56,628 nucleotides of DNA from Octopus bimaculoides. Lineage: Eukaryota. Location: contig NC_069003.1 of assembly GCF_001194135.2 (NCBI RefSeq), positions 35,542,729-35,599,356 of the forward strand, read 5' to 3'. The notes beneath the pieces were generated by a model. The model saw only the letters and a program-made list of their open reading frames with translations, had not been told where the DNA came from and did no database searches. Below are positions 56,244-56,628 of the stretch, in pieces. A program made the translations under genes and the position numbers. The stretch's first letter is position 1, and each line of letters opens with the position of its first letter.

Positions 56244-56628
56244 ACGCTGTAACACTTGTTGGCCAGATAGAGTCACGTGGTACGCCATCAGCAGGCTGGG
56301 GTGTCGTCTGCTTCAGTGAACTGTTCCCCAGTCCTGTTAAAGTGAAGAAATGTCATGTCAAGGTAAGCGAACATTTGTTTGGCTCTCGATTTTTATGCAA
56401 AATGTCCATCGTACGATTTCATGTGGTTTCTTCCAGAAGTTTACATATTTTTTGCAGGCATGTTTATAGTTTCATGGTTTCAAATAAAAGTTCGCCCTAA
56501 TTGTATATCTTTATGTAAAATCCCGGAAATGTATTTTGGGAAACTTCTTTTGGACATTTATTTTTACTTATCAGAATTTTATACGAAAAATCACAAAAAG
56601 AAAGAAATCTTTTTTAACTCAAATATTA
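56244..56628 (+). repeat. Tandem segmental repeat, copy 3 (runs off the window end)
   Basis: 96-nt block at 56267-56362 and 95-nt intron-like segment at 56363-56457. Confidence 0.9.

Overview
AT-rich eukaryotic genomic DNA saturated with microsatellites and containing 17 N-gaps. The repeat families look like those of an octopod cephalopod, though I recognise them from memory rather than from a search. The only confidently identified host gene is Wnt6. Its last two coding exons (13681-13955 and 16162-16623, + strand) splice in frame, and the intron between them holds a full-length decayed mariner. The two expected 5' exons are not visible. Most other recognisable sequence is transposon debris: Tc1/mariner of several lineages (mariner DD34D-type, maT DD37D), a Chapaev3-like DNA transposon, Gypsy pol, Penelope, Tx1/L1, RTE and REL-endonuclease LINE fragments, and three tRNA-derived SINE families (called A, B and C here). 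The least explained structure is in the last 17 kb. It has a promoter-like island at about 39.3-39.55 kb, a 28-nt micro-exon candidate at 50820-50847, and a tandem triplication (51.1, 54.2, 56.2 kb) of an exon/95-nt intron/terminal exon-like module. The 96-nt block of that module is identical in all three copies while the intron-like part has diverged. The middle copy is bracketed by a perfect 123-bp inverted repeat. I cannot identify the product of this putative unit. Most ORFs in the supplied track are microsatellite or N-run artefacts.
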